A stretch of 37,050 nt of DNA, from positions 1 through 37,050 of the forward strand of contig JBDKUT010000127.1 in assembly GCA_039679545.1 (NCBI GenBank), written 5' to 3'. The notes beneath the pieces are model-generated. The model was not told the origin of the DNA and did not search any database. It was given only the letters and a program-made list of their open reading frames with translations. Position 1 is the first letter of the stretch. Every line of letters starts with the position of its first letter. Below are positions 35,560 to 37,050 of this stretch, piece by piece. This DNA comes from Thermotogota bacterium (GTDB lineage Bacteria; Bipolaricaulota; Bipolaricaulia; UBA7950; UBA9294). A program made the translations under genes and the position numbers.

Positions 35560-37050
35560 ATGACGCGAGCGGCAGAGAAGACGCTATGGCACGCGCTCGA
35601 TTCCGGCGAAGCCGTCAGCGTTCTGAAGACGGATGCGACCGCCGGCCTTTCCAGCGCCGAGGCGGCCGAGCGGCTGAAGACGTACGGCCCCAACGCTCTC
35701 CCTGAGAGCCCTCCGACGCCGTTCTGGAAGCGCCTTGTCGGGCAGCTGCGCGGATTCGTCGTCCTGATTCTCCTCGTGGCGGCGGTCGTCTCGACCGCCG
35801 TCTACTTCATCGAGCCCGAACCGCTTGGATGGCTGGACTCCGTCGTCATCCTGGCGATCGTCGTGCTGAACTCGTTTGTCGGCGCTCTCCAGGACAGCCG
35901 AGCGGAGAAGGCTCTTCAGAGCCTGAAGAAGATGGCGGCGCCCGAAGCCCAGGTGCTGCGCGATGGTCAGCGTGTCACCGTCCGGGCCAGCGACCTCGTA
36001 CCGGGCGACATCGTTCTCCTCGAGGCCGGGACCGTCGTGCCTGCCGACTTGCGCCTCCTCGAGGCGGCGCAAGTGAGGGTCGACGAGTCCTCCCTCACGG
36101 GGGAGTCGGTCCCGGTGGAGAAGGACGCCGACGCGCACCTCGCCAAGGAGACGGGAATCGCCGACCGCGTGAATTGCGCCTTCCTCGGCACCACCATCGT
36201 CTACGGTCGAGGCCGCGGCCTTGTCGTCGGAACCGGCGCCGACACCCAACTCGGCGAGATCGCGGAGATGATTGAAGAACCCCAAGAGGAGACGCCGCTC
36301 CAGCGCAAGCTCGAGGAGTTCGGCAAGATCCTCGGCACGATCATCCTCATCGTGTGCGGCATTGTCTTCGCCCTCGAGATCGTCCGCGATCCGAACCTCC
36401 CCATCCTGTGGAAGGACGGGTTCACCGCGTACCTGAAGACCGGCGTGGGGGATCTCATTCGCTTCTTCATGGTCGCCGTCAGTCTGGCGGTCGCCGCGGT
36501 GCCGGAGGGCCTGCCGGCCATCGTCACGATGTGTCTCGCTCTCGGCACGCGTGAAATGCTGAAGCGGCACGCCCTCGTACGAAGGCTCCCCTCCGTGGAG
36601 ACTCTGGGGTCCGCGACGATCATCTGCACCGACAAGACGGGAACCCTGACGCAGAACCAGATGACAGTCACGAGCGTTTGGGCCGGCCACGAGACGTACG
36701 GAGTGATCGGTCAGGGGTACGACCCGACCGGCGGCTTTACCCGGAGCGGCGCGAACATCAAGGTCGGAGACCACCCGGTGCTCGAGCGCGCCCTATGGGC
36801 AGGCCTCCTGTGCAACGACGCCGAGCTGCGCAAGGAGTCCCAGGGGTACCGCATCGTCGGCGATCCGACGGAAGGAGCGCTTGTTGTCGCCGCCGCGAAG
36901 GGCGAGATGGGTCGAGAGGTCGTGCAGCGCTGCCCGCGCGTGTCGGAGATCCCGTTCGACTCGGATCGGAAGCGGATGACTACCCTCCACGCTTCGACAG
37001 GCGCGCCGATTCCGGCCGCGGGTGCGAAGTTCCTGGCCATGGTCAAGGGG
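35560..37050 (+). CDS. P-type cation-transporting ATPase (type II, Ca2+-like), 3'-truncated by the window
   Basis: Read directly (absent from the ORF track because it has no stop): [75 protein letters not shown]. Confidence 0.95.
   Translation, partial: MTRAAEKTLWHALDSGEAVSVLKTDATAGLSSAEAAERLKTYGPNALPESPPTPFWKRLVGQLRGFVVLILLVAAVVSTAVYFIEPEPLGWLDSVVILAIVVLNSFVGALQDSRAEKALQSLKKMAAPEAQVLRDGQRVTVRASDLVPGDIVLLEAGTVVPADLRLLEAAQVRVDESSLTGESVPVEKDADAHLAKETGIADRVNCAFLGTTIVYGRGRGLVVGTGADTQLGEIAEMIEEPQEETPLQRKLEEFGKILGTIILIVCGIVFALEIVRDPNLPILWKDGFTAYLKTGVGDLIRFFMVAVSLAVAAVPEGLPAIVTMCLALGTREMLKRHALVRRLPSVETLGSATIICTDKTGTLTQNQMTVTSVWAGHETYGVIGQGYDPTGGFTRSGANIKVGDHPVLERALWAGLLCNDAELRKESQGYRIVGDPTEGALVVAAAKGEMGREVVQRCPRVSEIPFDSDRKRMTTLHASTGAPIPAAGAKFLAMVKG

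Noticed and set aside
35584..36774. 396-aa minus-strand ORF
   Set aside because: Antisense shadow of the P-type ATPase, which carries all the family motifs on the plus strand.

Overview
High-GC bacterial chromosomal window with about 40 coding features and no rRNA, tRNA, transposase, prophage or CRISPR array. Gene order: cupin, Trp-leader + trpB2, split YeiH transporter, MarC, DedA/VTT, MBL hydrolase, 7TM-PAS-GGDEF cyclase, DUF362-CDF-ArsR block divergent from a 20-aa Lys/Pro microprotein, patatin, thioredoxin-like protein, decayed GH114-like (MJ1477/TM1410) pseudogene, nucleoside phosphorylase, a peptide/amino-acid catabolic island (M42 peptidase, Opp/Dpp SBP + 2 permeases without ATPases, class V PLP enzyme, internally deleted YhaM/CdsB, NadX, YheO/DauR-like regulator), AraC-GyrI regulator, aldo/keto reductase, RIO1 kinase, DUF885, long PIMT, DDAH, AAC(3)-AAC(6')-like fusion, SPFH, DEAD-box helicase, 39-bp tandem repeat, gpmA and a truncated P-type ATPase. 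Best leads: (1) three 21-bp direct repeats, a -10, a strong RBS and an in-frame ATG hidden in the linker of the AraC-GyrI gene, suggesting a self-activated internal promoter that makes a free ligand-binding domain; (2) an unannotated, separately transcribed 20-aa basic microprotein at a bidirectional promoter shared with arsR; (3) a Trp-codon leader peptide ahead of trpB2; (4) a RIO kinase that appears to need a non-canonical start; (5) a two-fold aminoglycoside-acetyltransferase-like fusion. All family calls come from motif recognition by eye; no database search was run.
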